From contig CAUQHW010000004.1 of assembly GCA_963518125.1 (NCBI GenBank), forward strand, positions 6,790 to 70,789: 64,000 bases of DNA, read 5' to 3'. The translations under genes and the position numbers were made by a program. Below, in pieces: positions 29,674 through 39,993 of the stretch; position 1 is the first letter of the stretch; each line of letters opens with the position of its first letter. The notes beneath the pieces were generated by a model, which was not told where the DNA came from, did not search any database, and saw nothing but the letters and a program-made list of their open reading frames with translations. Source of the DNA: an uncultured Candidatus Saccharibacteria bacterium (lineage in GTDB: Bacteria > Patescibacteriota > Saccharimonadia > Saccharimonadales > Saccharimonadaceae).

Positions 29674-31683
29674 ATGGCGTTGCAGTTAAAAACCCGAAGG
29701 TGGTGGATCGGAGTCGGTGCCGTTGGGCTAGTGGTATTCGGAAGCCTTGGAGTGTATATCTGGCGTCATTATATCAGCGTAACGGCGCAAGTAGCACCTG
29801 ACGTAACTCACGTCGAGAGGGCGGTGCTAGCAGCAAGTACGACAACGCCACCGGGCGGCAGTAGTTATGACCCAGCCACGTCGTATCACATGCCGTGGGA
29901 GAAATATCCGGTTGGCGAGAGAGAGCAGATCGGCGGGACGCCAGAACGGATTAGTAGTTGGCCAACGGCCGGGGATGGTGGATCTGACTGTCGCGTGAAC
30001 GCAAATGCCACGACAGTGGTCGATGGTGTTGGCGGGACATTTAATTATGGTGGGTTTACGATGCTGCCATCACCGATGTCTGGTAATCGGACAGTTGGTC
30101 AGGATAAGTGTAGCGGATCGGTGTCAACATGGACGGCACCGGACGGTGAAAATAGCACATCTTCGGCAACGCCAGCACCGAGTTGGTTTGACGATGTGGT
30201 AGCGGCCAATAGCGGTGGTCTAGCGGGCGGAGCATATGTTAATCCACGAGCGTATGGTGGCTGGGCGACGGATGCTAATGCCACGACGAAAGTACCATTT
30301 GGTGTACCTGCCCAACGATCGGGCGCGGCTGGGGCGGCTGAGTTTGCCGAATGCGGCGGGGTTGCTAAGGAATTAGGAACATCTGCGTGGGCAACTGATG
30401 GAGCGTTTCGGCAGTCGATATATGATCAAGGTGGCCAGTCGAAGCCGCTCTGGGGTGCGCGTTGTAAGGACGAGACAAAGTTGAAAGAGACACTGACCCG
30501 GCGTCACAATGCGCCGCAAACTGATACCAATGGTGAAAATTACGTGAAGTCGTCTGGCGTAACGCTATTTCGGCAGAAATTCCGGCTGACGAGCCAGCAG
30601 CTCGAAGAGATTCGTCAGCTAGATTTGTTGAATGACGGACGATCAGGGCTGTACTTACGTTTGGCGGTTGATGATTATGCTGCGGTGTACATTAATGGCA
30701 AGCCAGTGTTTGCCAATCCGAAAGCGTCGTCTGGTGTCGAGATGAAGAGAATCATCGCAGATTATTTGCGGGCTGGTGATAATGTGATTGCCCTAGAGGT
30801 GCAAGATGCGATTGCTCCAACTAGCCTGGCCAATGCTAATGCGGCTGCTCGCTGGCTGCTCGGTGTGTATGCGCCAAAGGGGTGGCAGCCGGTGCCGGGG
30901 GAGCCGCGGCTGTACGGATCGTGGGCGGAATATGCCGTTAGTGCGCCTGGACAAATTATTTCCTCCTCGGGAGCAGGACTATCATCTACGCCGACAGGGC
31001 GAACGGGGGCGATTGAGGCACGGCAATATAATGATCTGACATTTCAAAACACTAACACCCCGTTTGGTAATTTTCGCGACAAGATGCCGACCGTGCGAAC
31101 GCCTGATGCCTATTTTACGAACACGGGAAATTTGTCTGGGGCGGTGTCTATGAGCGACGTGGCTAGTGGCGTGTATCAGGCTGGCAGCGTGACGATTACT
31201 GGTGGAGAAATTAAGCGTGGCCGGCAAATTGTTATCAAATCGAGCGGCGTGGTGATTATCAAGGGCGATGTAAAGCAGGAGGGCGGTAACTATTCGGCGG
31301 CTCGGGATTTGCCGCAGCTGATTATCAGCGCTCGGCATATTATCATTGAGCCGAATGTGACGCAGCTTGATGCTTGGCTGGTGACCAAGAATGGTACAAT
31401 TAACACCTGTGATACCATAGTTCGTGATAGTCGTCAGTGGCTGTCGGGGCTGGATGCAAAAACCTGCGAAAAACAGCTGCGGATCAACGGTCCGATTATC
31501 GCGAAGCACCTCTTTTTGCGTCGTACCTTTACCAAGGGTGGCGATACCTCTGGCAATAATCCGGGCGAGCCGGCGGAAATATTGAATTTGCGTGCCGATG
31601 CATATTTGTGGGGAAATGAGCGGTCGAAAGAATCGGGGGCTATCAAAACGATGCATTTAAAGGAATTGCCGCCGCGTTTTTAA
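29674..31683 (+). CDS. Large membrane-anchored surface protein (putative pilus adhesin, part 2)
   Basis: N-terminal TM; galactose-binding-like DDYAAVYING...GDNVIALEV segment; C-terminus ..LRADAYLW..ELPPRF. Confidence 0.7.
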   Translation: MALQLKTRRWWIGVGAVGLVVFGSLGVYIWRHYISVTAQVAPDVTHVERAVLAASTTTPPGGSSYDPATSYHMPWEKYPVGEREQIGGTPERISSWPTAGDGGSDCRVNANATTVVDGVGGTFNYGGFTMLPSPMSGNRTVGQDKCSGSVSTWTAPDGENSTSSATPAPSWFDDVVAANSGGLAGGAYVNPRAYGGWATDANATTKVPFGVPAQRSGAAGAAEFAECGGVAKELGTSAWATDGAFRQSIYDQGGQSKPLWGARCKDETKLKETLTRRHNAPQTDTNGENYVKSSGVTLFRQKFRLTSQQLEEIRQLDLLNDGRSGLYLRLAVDDYAAVYINGKPVFANPKASSGVEMKRIIADYLRAGDNVIALEVQDAIAPTSLANANAAARWLLGVYAPKGWQPVPGEPRLYGSWAEYAVSAPGQIISSSGAGLSSTPTGRTGAIEARQYNDLTFQNTNTPFGNFRDKMPTVRTPDAYFTNTGNLSGAVSMSDVASGVYQAGSVTITGGEIKRGRQIVIKSSGVVIIKGDVKQEGGNYSAARDLPQLIISARHIIIEPNVTQLDAWLVTKNGTINTCDTIVRDSRQWLSGLDAKTCEKQLRINGPIIAKHLFLRRTFTKGGDTSGNNPGEPAEILNLRADAYLWGNERSKESGAIKTMHLKELPPRF

Positions 31684-31723
31684 GGGTTTTACATTTTAAA
31701 ATGCTTATGTATAATAGAATAGT

Positions 31724-32770
31724 ATGAAAATAGCAAAAGGGCTGGGCGACTTTTTCGGATTAGACATCGGGACGAATGCGGTGCGTGTAGTTCAGCTGGC
31801 GCGAACGAGCAACGGATGGAATCTGCTGCATTATGGATATGCGCCTGTCGACCCCAAGGTCACAAGTAGCGACTCGCCAGAGGCGCAGCGTAAGCTTGGT
31901 GAAGTGATCATGACCGCTGTCGGACAGAGCGGTATCAAGACGCAAAATGTAGCGATTGGGCTGCCGTCGAGCAAGACCTTTACGGCGATTATTGATGTGC
32001 CAAAAGTGTCAGACCAAGAGCTAAAGGCGACCATGAAATACCAGGTCGATCAGTACATTCCTATGGCGATTGAGGATGCCAAGGTTGATTGGGCGCTGCT
32101 CGGCGACAGTTTGCGTGAGCAAGGTCAGTACGAAGTGTTATTGACGAGTGCAGCGATTAGCTATGTCGAGGAACGACTCGAGTTCATTGAAGGTCTTGGC
32201 TTTAATGTGGTCGCTGAGGAACCGGATCCGATCGCGATGCTTCGGGCATTAGCGCCGACTGATGGAGCAACCGCAAAGCTAGTTTTGGATATGGGCGAAC
32301 ATTCGACTGACTTGGCAGTCATTTATGGCGATATGCCGCGGTTAGTGCGCACGGTGCCGAGCGGATTGCAGGCGTTGGTGCGAGCGGCGGTGCAAAATCT
32401 CAACGTGCAGGATGATCAGGCTCGCCAGTTTATTATCAAGTTTGGCTTGGCACCTGACCGGCTTGAGGGGCAAGTTCTCAGGGCGATTGACGGCGTGCTG
32501 GATAATTTTGCAGCTGAGCTGACCAAATCAATCAAGTTCTTCCAGACGCGCTACCCGAGTATTTCCGTGTCAGGCATTCTGCTGTCGGGCTTTGGCGCGG
32601 CGATACCGATGATGGATAATTACATTGCTAACAAGACTGGTATACCAGCGACTACGGCTGATCCGTGGCAGCATGTCAGTCTTGGGCAGGCCGATCAGCA
32701 AAAATTAGCACCAATTGCCTCGGAGTTTGCGACGGTCGTTGGTTTAGCGCAGCGGAGGAATGGATCGTGA
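31724..32770 (+). CDS. pilM: Type IV pilus assembly protein PilM
   Basis: Actin-like FGLDIG, LDMG, LSG.GA, VGLA.R. Confidence 0.93.
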   Translation: MKIAKGLGDFFGLDIGTNAVRVVQLARTSNGWNLLHYGYAPVDPKVTSSDSPEAQRKLGEVIMTAVGQSGIKTQNVAIGLPSSKTFTAIIDVPKVSDQELKATMKYQVDQYIPMAIEDAKVDWALLGDSLREQGQYEVLLTSAAISYVEERLEFIEGLGFNVVAEEPDPIAMLRALAPTDGATAKLVLDMGEHSTDLAVIYGDMPRLVRTVPSGLQALVRAAVQNLNVQDDQARQFIIKFGLAPDRLEGQVLRAIDGVLDNFAAELTKSIKFFQTRYPSISVSGILLSGFGAAIPMMDNYIANKTGIPATTADPWQHVSLGQADQQKLAPIASEFATVVGLAQRRNGS

Positions 32771-33498
32771 TTGAGATTAACTTGATTCCTGATGTCAAGC
32801 GCGAGTTACTTCGGGCAAAAATGATGCGTAACGCTGTCACCGCGATGTCGATAACCGTCGGCATGATCGCGGTCGGAGTGGCAGTTGCGCTTGGCTTGAT
32901 CTTTGGCGGTCAAGTAGCCCTGGAGGCGCTGCATGATGGGACAATTAAGAGCAAGACACGTGAGCTGACGTCGATTGAAGACCTTGATAAGTTGGTGACC
33001 ATTCAGCATCAGCTGGCAACAATCAACAAACTATCAAGTGAGCGGCAGGCTGATTCGCGGCTATTTGACGTGATGACGGCGGTGAATCCAGTGGCGCCAA
33101 ATAGTATTAAAATCGCAACACTAAAGCTCAAGCCAGAGTCGCGGACAATTACTATTGAGGGCTCAGCCGAAAACGGCTATATTGCACTGGAGATATTTAA
33201 AAAGACGATTACTAATACGACTGTGCAGACAACACAAAATGGGCAAGAGGTTAAACAACCGCTGGCTGAGAATCTGCAGGCGGGTGAGGCCAGCTTTGGT
33301 GAAGATGCCAACGGCAAGAAGGTGTTGCGCTTCTCGTTCACGTTTACCTATCCGGCAGAATTGTTCTCGAAAACGAGCGGCTCAGTGGTGATTGCGACGC
33401 CAAACGGTAAAGTTGATGTGACTGATTCGCGGCTGGGGGTGCCAGAGAGCCTATTTGCCAAGAAGCCAAAAGACGCTTCAAATAAGGAGAAAAACTAA
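32767..33498 (+). CDS. pilN: Type IV pilus assembly protein PilN
   Basis: N-terminal EINLIP motif, TM, ITIEG.A; GTG start after GGAGG. Confidence 0.85.
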   Translation: MIEINLIPDVKRELLRAKMMRNAVTAMSITVGMIAVGVAVALGLIFGGQVALEALHDGTIKSKTRELTSIEDLDKLVTIQHQLATINKLSSERQADSRLFDVMTAVNPVAPNSIKIATLKLKPESRTITIEGSAENGYIALEIFKKTITNTTVQTTQNGQEVKQPLAENLQAGEASFGEDANGKKVLRFSFTFTYPAELFSKTSGSVVIATPNGKVDVTDSRLGVPESLFAKKPKDASNKEKN

Positions 33499-34175
33499 TG
33501 CCTGAAAATAAAGACGTTGCCATCCGTAAGCGCCAGCAGATTGACTCCTCGAAAAAAACCATGTTTCTGTTTGTGGCGGGTGCGGCATTTGTGAGTGGCG
33601 TGGCAATTGTGGTGTCGTTCTTCCTCGTGCGGCAGATTTTGTTTCATGGCGCAGTGGTACTCGCGAAGCAAGACACCATTAATACACTGGAGAATAATAA
33701 AAAGGCGGCCGAGTCGCTCAAAGATAATGTGCGCTCACTAGAAGCGAATGAAGCACTTAACTCAGTGAAGTTAACGGATAGTAGTAGTCCATTGCAGACG
33801 ATTCTTGATGCGCTGCCAGCTAGTGCGAATGCCGATGCGCTTGGTGCATCCATCCAGAAGAAGTTCGTCAATGGCATCGCCGGTCTGTCACTAGAAAGCA
33901 TCTCGGTCCACTATACGGCGAATGAGTCGGGTGCGGAGCAAGAGGACGCTGGTGATGGTCGCTCGGCGGTGAGTTTCACCATAACAGTGAGCGGTACGTC
34001 ATCAAGCCTCAAGGAGCTGTTAACGCGCTTTGAAAAATCAATTCGGGTTATCAATATTACCGAGATTGAGATGCAGGCCAGCGAGGATGGCAAGATGACT
34101 ATGGATATCTCTGGCAAGGCCTATTTTGAGCCGGCGCAAAAAGTTGGATTAGGAAAGAAGGTGATCAAGCCATGA
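33498..34175 (+). CDS. pilO: Type IV pilus assembly protein PilO-like
   Basis: TM plus coiled coil, ALP, FEKSIR; position after pilN. Confidence 0.75.
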   Translation: MPENKDVAIRKRQQIDSSKKTMFLFVAGAAFVSGVAIVVSFFLVRQILFHGAVVLAKQDTINTLENNKKAAESLKDNVRSLEANEALNSVKLTDSSSPLQTILDALPASANADALGASIQKKFVNGIAGLSLESISVHYTANESGAEQEDAGDGRSAVSFTITVSGTSSSLKELLTRFEKSIRVINITEIEMQASEDGKMTMDISGKAYFEPAQKVGLGKKVIKP

Positions 34176-34402
34176 AGAAGAGCGATATAGCGATGATCGT
34201 GTTGATAGCTAGCCTTGGCGTTGTGGTGGCATATTTTGTTGCCAGTAGTATTCCGTTCTTGCGCGTACCATCATCGGGTGTGGAAGTGCAGACGATATCA
34301 AAAATTAGTCCAGATATTGAGCAGCCGGATAAGACAGTATTTAATCGTGAAGCTATTAACCCAACGGTGGAAGCAATTGTTGGCAAAGCGACTGGTAGTT
34401 AG
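34172..34402 (+). CDS. Small membrane protein in the PilP position
   Basis: 76 aa, N-terminal TM, AINPT; ATGA overlap with pilO. Confidence 0.7.
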   Translation: MKKSDIAMIVLIASLGVVVAYFVASSIPFLRVPSSGVEVQTISKISPDIEQPDKTVFNREAINPTVEAIVGKATGS

Positions 34403-34414
34403 CGCGGAGGTGAT

Positions 34415-36178
34415 ATGGCGCTACTGACGGATGATATGCAGGGAAAATTGATTGGCTTGCTGACGAGCGAGGGCTTGATCGAGCGGTCAGTTGTTAAGGA
34501 GGCGCAAAAACGCGCCAGCGAGTCGGGTAAGCCGCTACTGTCGCTGTTGACCGAGGAGCACCTTTTGGAGAATGAATTATTGGTGCATGCGGTGGCGCAA
34601 TTGTCTGGTGTGCCGTATGTTAATCTCGCAAGCAGCGTGATTGAGCAGCACATCTTGAACCTGCTGCCGGAGGATGTTGCCGAGCGATTTATGGCGGTAC
34701 CACTGGCCGAGGTGCAGGGGCGCTTGGCGGTGGCGATGATTGATGCTAATAATGTCCAGGCGGTTGACTACCTAGCAAATCGTATCCAGCGGCCGCTCAA
34801 GGTATTCATGGCCTCCGAAGAAAGCATCCGTCATGTCCTTGGCCAGTACAGAACAGACTTATCATCGGTCAATGAAGCAGCGGAAGACTCGCAGCGCGAA
34901 GCACTGGATGAGTCATCGCAGAACATTGTGACGATCGTTCAAGATTCACCGATCTCGCGGGCGCTTAGTACGATCCTAGAGTATGCAGTAAAGAGCCATG
35001 CCTCGGACGTACACATTGAGCCATTAGAAAAGGCGTTGAAAATTCGCTGTCGTGTTGATGGCGTGTTGCGGGAAATTATGCAGCTACCAAAAAGTATCGA
35101 ACCAGCGCTGGTCAGCCGTATTAAGATTCTATCAAATCTCAAAATTGATGAGCATCGGATTCCGCAGGATGGCCAGTTCGCAGTCAATGTGGCCGGCAAG
35201 GACGTTGACCTGCGTATTGCGATTTCGCCGGTGGTGTGGGGAGAGCAGGTGGTGATTCGTCTGCTTGATAAGACGGGCAACTCGTTTGATTTGACTGATA
35301 TGGGGTATGCTGGGCGGGCACTGAGAGCCATCCAAAAAGGCATCAAGCGGCCAAGTGGAATGATTTTGACGTCTGGGCCGACTGGTTCGGGTAAGTCAAC
35401 TAGCTTGTATGCGCTGATCAAGGAAATCAAGGACGACTCGATCAATATTGTGACGCTGGAGGATCCGGTGGAGTACAAGATTGACGGCGTTAATCAGATC
35501 CAGGTGCATGCTGATGTTGGGCTGACCTTTGCATCGGGCTTACGGTCAATTCTCCGGCAGGATCCCGACGTGGTGATGGTCGGTGAAATCCGCGATACTG
35601 AGACGGCGAATTTGGCGGTGCAAGCGGCATTGACCGGACACTTAGTCTTCTCGACGCTGCACACTAATTCGGCGGCGGGTGTGCTGCCGCGGCTGTTGGA
35701 TATGGGGATTGAACCGTTCTTGATTGCTAGTACCGTAAATACCATCATTGGCCAGCGGCTAGTCAGGCGGGTGGCACCAAAATATGATTCATATCAATCG
35801 TCACCACTTGAAACGGAGACTATTCAGTCAACGGTTGGCCACCTCCTGCCAAAAACCCAGGCTGACATATCGACTGTTTCGCAGGATTTGGGCTACAAGG
35901 CCTTGCCATTATCTGGTCAAGCCGCTTATACTTTAGTCAGGGGCCGCGATATGCCGCAGACGCCGCAAGGTTACTCAGGACGATGTGGTTTGTACGAGGT
36001 GATGGACGTCACTGAGGAAGTTCAAAACCTGATTGTCAAGCGGGCAACGAGCGCCGAGATTCAGCGGCTTGCCATTCAGCAAGGCATGATAACGATGCGT
36101 CAAGATGGTTATCTCAAGGCGCTCAGTGGCGTGACAACATTAGAGGAAGTAAATCGGGTAGCAGCCGATACAGCATAA
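34415..36178 (+). CDS. pilB: Type IV pilus extension ATPase PilB (GspE/PulE family)
   Basis: ASDVHIEP, GPTGSGKS, LEDPVE, LRQDPDVVMVGEIRD, STLHTN. Confidence 0.95.
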   Translation: MALLTDDMQGKLIGLLTSEGLIERSVVKEAQKRASESGKPLLSLLTEEHLLENELLVHAVAQLSGVPYVNLASSVIEQHILNLLPEDVAERFMAVPLAEVQGRLAVAMIDANNVQAVDYLANRIQRPLKVFMASEESIRHVLGQYRTDLSSVNEAAEDSQREALDESSQNIVTIVQDSPISRALSTILEYAVKSHASDVHIEPLEKALKIRCRVDGVLREIMQLPKSIEPALVSRIKILSNLKIDEHRIPQDGQFAVNVAGKDVDLRIAISPVVWGEQVVIRLLDKTGNSFDLTDMGYAGRALRAIQKGIKRPSGMILTSGPTGSGKSTSLYALIKEIKDDSINIVTLEDPVEYKIDGVNQIQVHADVGLTFASGLRSILRQDPDVVMVGEIRDTETANLAVQAALTGHLVFSTLHTNSAAGVLPRLLDMGIEPFLIASTVNTIIGQRLVRRVAPKYDSYQSSPLETETIQSTVGHLLPKTQADISTVSQDLGYKALPLSGQAAYTLVRGRDMPQTPQGYSGRCGLYEVMDVTEEVQNLIVKRATSAEIQRLAIQQGMITMRQDGYLKALSGVTTLEEVNRVAADTA

Positions 36179-36196
36179 AAGAAAAGGGGGACGATT

Positions 36197-37267
36197 ATGA
36201 ATAATCAAGAATTACGCATCGAAATTTTACTCGAAGAGGTGGTCAAGAAGCGAGCCTCAGACCTTCACATTCAAGTGGGCCTGCCACCGATGCTGCGCAT
36301 TGACGGAACATTGGTCGCAGCAACGGGCACGCAGCCGCTTGATGAGGCGACCGTGGAGCGGCTGGTATTTCAGATTCTTGATGAGGATCAGCGGCAAATT
36401 CTGCTCAAAGATAAGGAGTTTGACTTTTCGTTTGCGTTCGGTACACTAGGACGATTCCGGGTAAATGCCTTTCATGAGAGGGGTAACCTGGCGGCGGCGC
36501 TGCGCTTAATTCCAAACGAGATCAAGACTGCGCAGGAGCTGGGCATGCCGCCGATTGTCAATACATTTGCCGATTTCCCACGCGGTTTGGTGTTGGTGAC
36601 GGGGCCGACCGGCTCTGGTAAATCGACGACGCTGGCAGCACTGGTCGACAAAATTAACGCCGAAAAGTCGCAGCACATCATTACTATCGAAGACCCGATT
36701 GAGTTTACGCACAAGTCAAAAAAATCGGTGGTGGTACAGCGCGAGGTTCATTATGACACCTATTCGTTCTCAGCGGCGCTGCGCTCTAGCCTGCGCCAAG
36801 ACCCAGACGTGGTGCTGATCGGCGAGATGCGCGACCTCGAGACAATCTCGGCGGCGATTACCATTGCCGAGACCGGGCACTTGGTGTTTGCGACGCTGCA
36901 CACCAACTCGGCGGCGCAGTCGATAGATCGTATGATTGACGTTTTCCCGCCGCATCAGCAGCCGCAGATTCGTGCGCAGCTCAGCAATATTCTGATGGCA
37001 ATTTGTTCGCAGCGGCTGGTGCCATCTATCGGTGGCGGTCGGGTGGTGGCGGCCGAGATCATGATTGCTAATCCAGCGGTGCGTAACATTATTCGCGAGG
37101 GCAAGAGTCATCAGCTGGATGCTGTCATTCAGACGGGTGCTGATCAGGGTATGCAGACGATGGATCGAACGCTAGTGAATCTGGTACAGAATGGTACGAT
37201 TACGTATGATAGTGCTCGTGAATTTGCGGTTGATCTAGCGGAGTTCGAGCGGCTTATTCGAGGGTAG
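36197..37267 (+). CDS. pilT: Type IV pilus retraction ATPase PilT
   Basis: GPTGSGKSTTLAA, EDPIE, AETGHLVFATLHT, AVRNIIRE. Confidence 0.97.
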   Translation: MNNQELRIEILLEEVVKKRASDLHIQVGLPPMLRIDGTLVAATGTQPLDEATVERLVFQILDEDQRQILLKDKEFDFSFAFGTLGRFRVNAFHERGNLAAALRLIPNEIKTAQELGMPPIVNTFADFPRGLVLVTGPTGSGKSTTLAALVDKINAEKSQHIITIEDPIEFTHKSKKSVVVQREVHYDTYSFSAALRSSLRQDPDVVLIGEMRDLETISAAITIAETGHLVFATLHTNSAAQSIDRMIDVFPPHQQPQIRAQLSNILMAICSQRLVPSIGGGRVVAAEIMIANPAVRNIIREGKSHQLDAVIQTGADQGMQTMDRTLVNLVQNGTITYDSAREFAVDLAEFERLIRG

Positions 37268-37270
37268 CGC

Positions 37271-38482
37271 ATGAAAAAATATCATTATGAGGCCAGGGAT
37301 TCAGCTACGCAAAAGATAACCAAGTCGGTTGTGCAGGCTGAGAGCGAGGTTGCCGCGGCAAAGTTGCTGAATGCTCAAGGCTTCGTGCCGCTGAAAATTG
37401 AGCTGCAGGATGAGCGTGAGGGCTTCTTTCAGCGATTGTCAAATAAAATATCGTCCAAGGACAAGATCGTCTTTACGCGGCAGTTAGCGACGTTGATTGG
37501 TGCGGGGTTGCCGCTGGCGCAGAGCATGCATACGGTGCTGGAGCAAACTCAGAATAAACAGATGCAGAGCATTATTCAGGAGATAATTTCTGATATTGAG
37601 GGCGGTCGGCAACTGTCAAGTGCGTTCGAGAAGCATCCAGAAGTATTTGACAATGTATACGTGGCGTTGGTGGCGGCCGGTGAGGCGTCAGGAACGTTGG
37701 ATGAAGCGCTTAAGCGCATCGCGTCACAGCAAGAAAAAGATACAGCGATGCTTAGCAAGGTGCGTGGCGCCATGGTCTATCCGGCGATTGTGCTGCTGGT
37801 GATCATCGCGGTAGTGGTGTTCATGCTCGTGATGGTAGTGCCGCAGGTCGAAGGACTGTATGGCAGCTTACACAAAGAGCTACCGTTCACAACGAAGGCC
37901 ATGGTCAGCGTCGCTGGTTTTTTGGCGCAGTTTTGGTGGGCGTTGGTGATTTTACTTGGCATCGGTTTATATTTCTTTCAGCAGTATCTCAAAACCGAGG
38001 CTGGTATTCGCGCTAAAGATACGTTCAAGCTGAACATACCAGTGTTCGACGCTATGTTCCGCAAGCTGTACATGGCTCGCTTTACTCGTACCGGTCAAAC
38101 GCTTCTTAATAGCGGGGTAGCGATGCTGGATATGCTGAGCATCACTGCTCGGGCGGTCAATAATTCAGTTATCCGTCAAGGCATTGAGCATGCCAGCGAA
38201 AAGGTGAAGGGCGGCAAGGCGCTGTCGGTGTCCCTAAAAAATGAGGATTATATCTTGCCGATGGTGCCGCAGATGATCAAGATTGGCGAACAGTCGGGTA
38301 AAATCGACGAGATGATGGGCAAGTGCGCGCAGATTTACGAAGAAGAGCTGGATGAGGAGATCAAGGCGATCACGACAACGATTGAACCGGTGCTGATGGT
38401 GGTCTTGGCGGTCGTGGCCGGCGTGATGGTGGGTGCAATAATCTTTCCAATTTATAATCTGGTCGGAGATATTAGCCTCTAG
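37271..38482 (+). CDS. pilC: Type IV pilus platform protein PilC (GspF family)
   Basis: FTRQLATLI.AG, AGE.SG.L, AMVYP, IGEQSG, IEP. Confidence 0.95.
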   Translation: MKKYHYEARDSATQKITKSVVQAESEVAAAKLLNAQGFVPLKIELQDEREGFFQRLSNKISSKDKIVFTRQLATLIGAGLPLAQSMHTVLEQTQNKQMQSIIQEIISDIEGGRQLSSAFEKHPEVFDNVYVALVAAGEASGTLDEALKRIASQQEKDTAMLSKVRGAMVYPAIVLLVIIAVVVFMLVMVVPQVEGLYGSLHKELPFTTKAMVSVAGFLAQFWWALVILLGIGLYFFQQYLKTEAGIRAKDTFKLNIPVFDAMFRKLYMARFTRTGQTLLNSGVAMLDMLSITARAVNNSVIRQGIEHASEKVKGGKALSVSLKNEDYILPMVPQMIKIGEQSGKIDEMMGKCAQIYEEELDEEIKAITTTIEPVLMVVLAVVAGVMVGAIIFPIYNLVGDISL

Positions 38483-38547
38483 ACAATCCATAAGCAGTAC
38501 GGTACAATAACGAAAGAAAGTTAAGTCACAGAAAGGTGGGCAACTTC

Positions 38548-39021
38548 ATGGCTCAGCAAAAAGCAAATAAAGGATTCACAATCATCGAGGTCGTGTTGGT
38601 GCTGGCAATCGCTGGGCTGATATTCTTGATGGTATTCTTGGCATGGCCGGCCCTGCAGCGCAGTCAGCGCGATACACAACGACGGAGCGATGTGACCAGG
38701 TTTGTCTCGCAGGTGAATAGTTACGCGACGAACAACAAGGGAAGTATTCCGAAAACCGATACAGGATCGATTAATAGCTTCCTTGATTCGTATATGAAGC
38801 GTGGCAATGGTGAATTCAAGGACCCGCAGACAGGCAATAATTACAGCGTGGTGACTGGCGTCGCCCAACAAGGTTCGGCAACGACCGAGAAGATGGTCTA
38901 TGCCACGAGCGCTCAATGTGATGGCGAAAATATTGTCGCCAAAAGTGGCTCGCCGCGCTCGTTCGCCGTCAAGGTGCAGCTAGAAGGAAGCGGTGCGTTT
39001 TGTAAAGACAACCAAAACTAA
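38548..39021 (+). CDS. Type IV pilin (probable major pilin)
   Basis: G|FTIIEVVLVLAIAGLI; own promoter (TACAAT 38503), RBS and terminator. Confidence 0.88.
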   Translation: MAQQKANKGFTIIEVVLVLAIAGLIFLMVFLAWPALQRSQRDTQRRSDVTRFVSQVNSYATNNKGSIPKTDTGSINSFLDSYMKRGNGEFKDPQTGNNYSVVTGVAQQGSATTEKMVYATSAQCDGENIVAKSGSPRSFAVKVQLEGSGAFCKDNQN

Positions 39022-39040
39022 CCAGAGACAACGAATTATT

Positions 39041-39073
39041 GGCAGCCTTCTACTATCAGGGGGCTGCTTTTTT
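39041..39073 (+). terminator. Intrinsic terminator after pilin
   Basis: GGCAGCCTTCT-actatc-AGGGGGCTGCT followed by T-tract. Confidence 0.8.
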
Positions 39074-39099
39074 CATGATTTCTTGTTACCATTAACAGT

Positions 39100-39966
39100 A
39101 TGATGGTAGTGACAATACTGGTGGGTGTAGCGATTCTTGGCGCAGTGATGGGAAGTTTTATCGGTGCTCAGGTGTGGCGAGTCCGTGCTCGGCAGCTCGT
39201 TGAAGACAAGCAGGCCGGCGAACCGGTTGATACGCTGGAGCTACGCCGCCTGAAGCCGCTGCTTAAGCCCCTCAAGGACGATCGATCGCAGTGTCTTTCC
39301 TGTGGGCACGAGCTACGCTGGTATGATTTGCTGCCAGTGGTGAGCTGGCTGGCTGCTAGAGGTCGCTGTCGGTACTGCCAGGCGCCGATTGGCTGGATGG
39401 AGCTGGGGCTCGAAGTGGCAATGGCCGGGTTGTTCGTCGCAGTGACGTGGTATGGCATGATAACGTTTACGGCGCCACTAGTGATAACGAAGGTCGCGAT
39501 TATACTGATGGGGCTATCATATCTAGCGTTCCTGTTCGTGTATGACAAGCGGTGGTTTTTGCTCCCGGACGTGGCGAATTGGCCGTTCGTGATGTTGGGG
39601 GCGCTATTTGCCGGGATTCACGTAGCGACTGGCCAGCTGCCGGGCGGAGTGCTGGGGTTGATAGCGGCGGTTGTTATCCTCAGTGGCGTGTACGCATTGC
39701 TCTACGTCGTGTCGAGTGGTCGCTGGATAGGATTTGGTGATGTCAAGCTGACGCTCGGCCTCGCCCTCTTTTTGATGGATTGGCGGCTAGCATTTCTTGC
39801 GCTGTTTCTGGCAAATTTACTCGGCACGCTACTAGTGCTACCGGGGATGCTTCGAGGTACGGTGCAGCGTGGAGCGCGAATCCCATTCGGGCCGCTACTA
39901 ATCGTTGGCTTTCTTATCTCGTGGTTTTTTGGTGCCAGGATCGTGGATTGGCTTATCGTGATTTGA
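39100..39966 (+). CDS. pilD: Prepilin peptidase
   Basis: GSF, RSQCLSC..GRCRYC, LLPD, GFGDVKL, IPFGP. Confidence 0.95.
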   Translation: MMVVTILVGVAILGAVMGSFIGAQVWRVRARQLVEDKQAGEPVDTLELRRLKPLLKPLKDDRSQCLSCGHELRWYDLLPVVSWLAARGRCRYCQAPIGWMELGLEVAMAGLFVAVTWYGMITFTAPLVITKVAIILMGLSYLAFLFVYDKRWFLLPDVANWPFVMLGALFAGIHVATGQLPGGVLGLIAAVVILSGVYALLYVVSSGRWIGFGDVKLTLGLALFLMDWRLAFLALFLANLLGTLLVLPGMLRGTVQRGARIPFGPLLIVGFLISWFFGARIVDWLIVI

Positions 39967-39993
39967 TAGTGCTTATGCTATAATAATGAGCAT

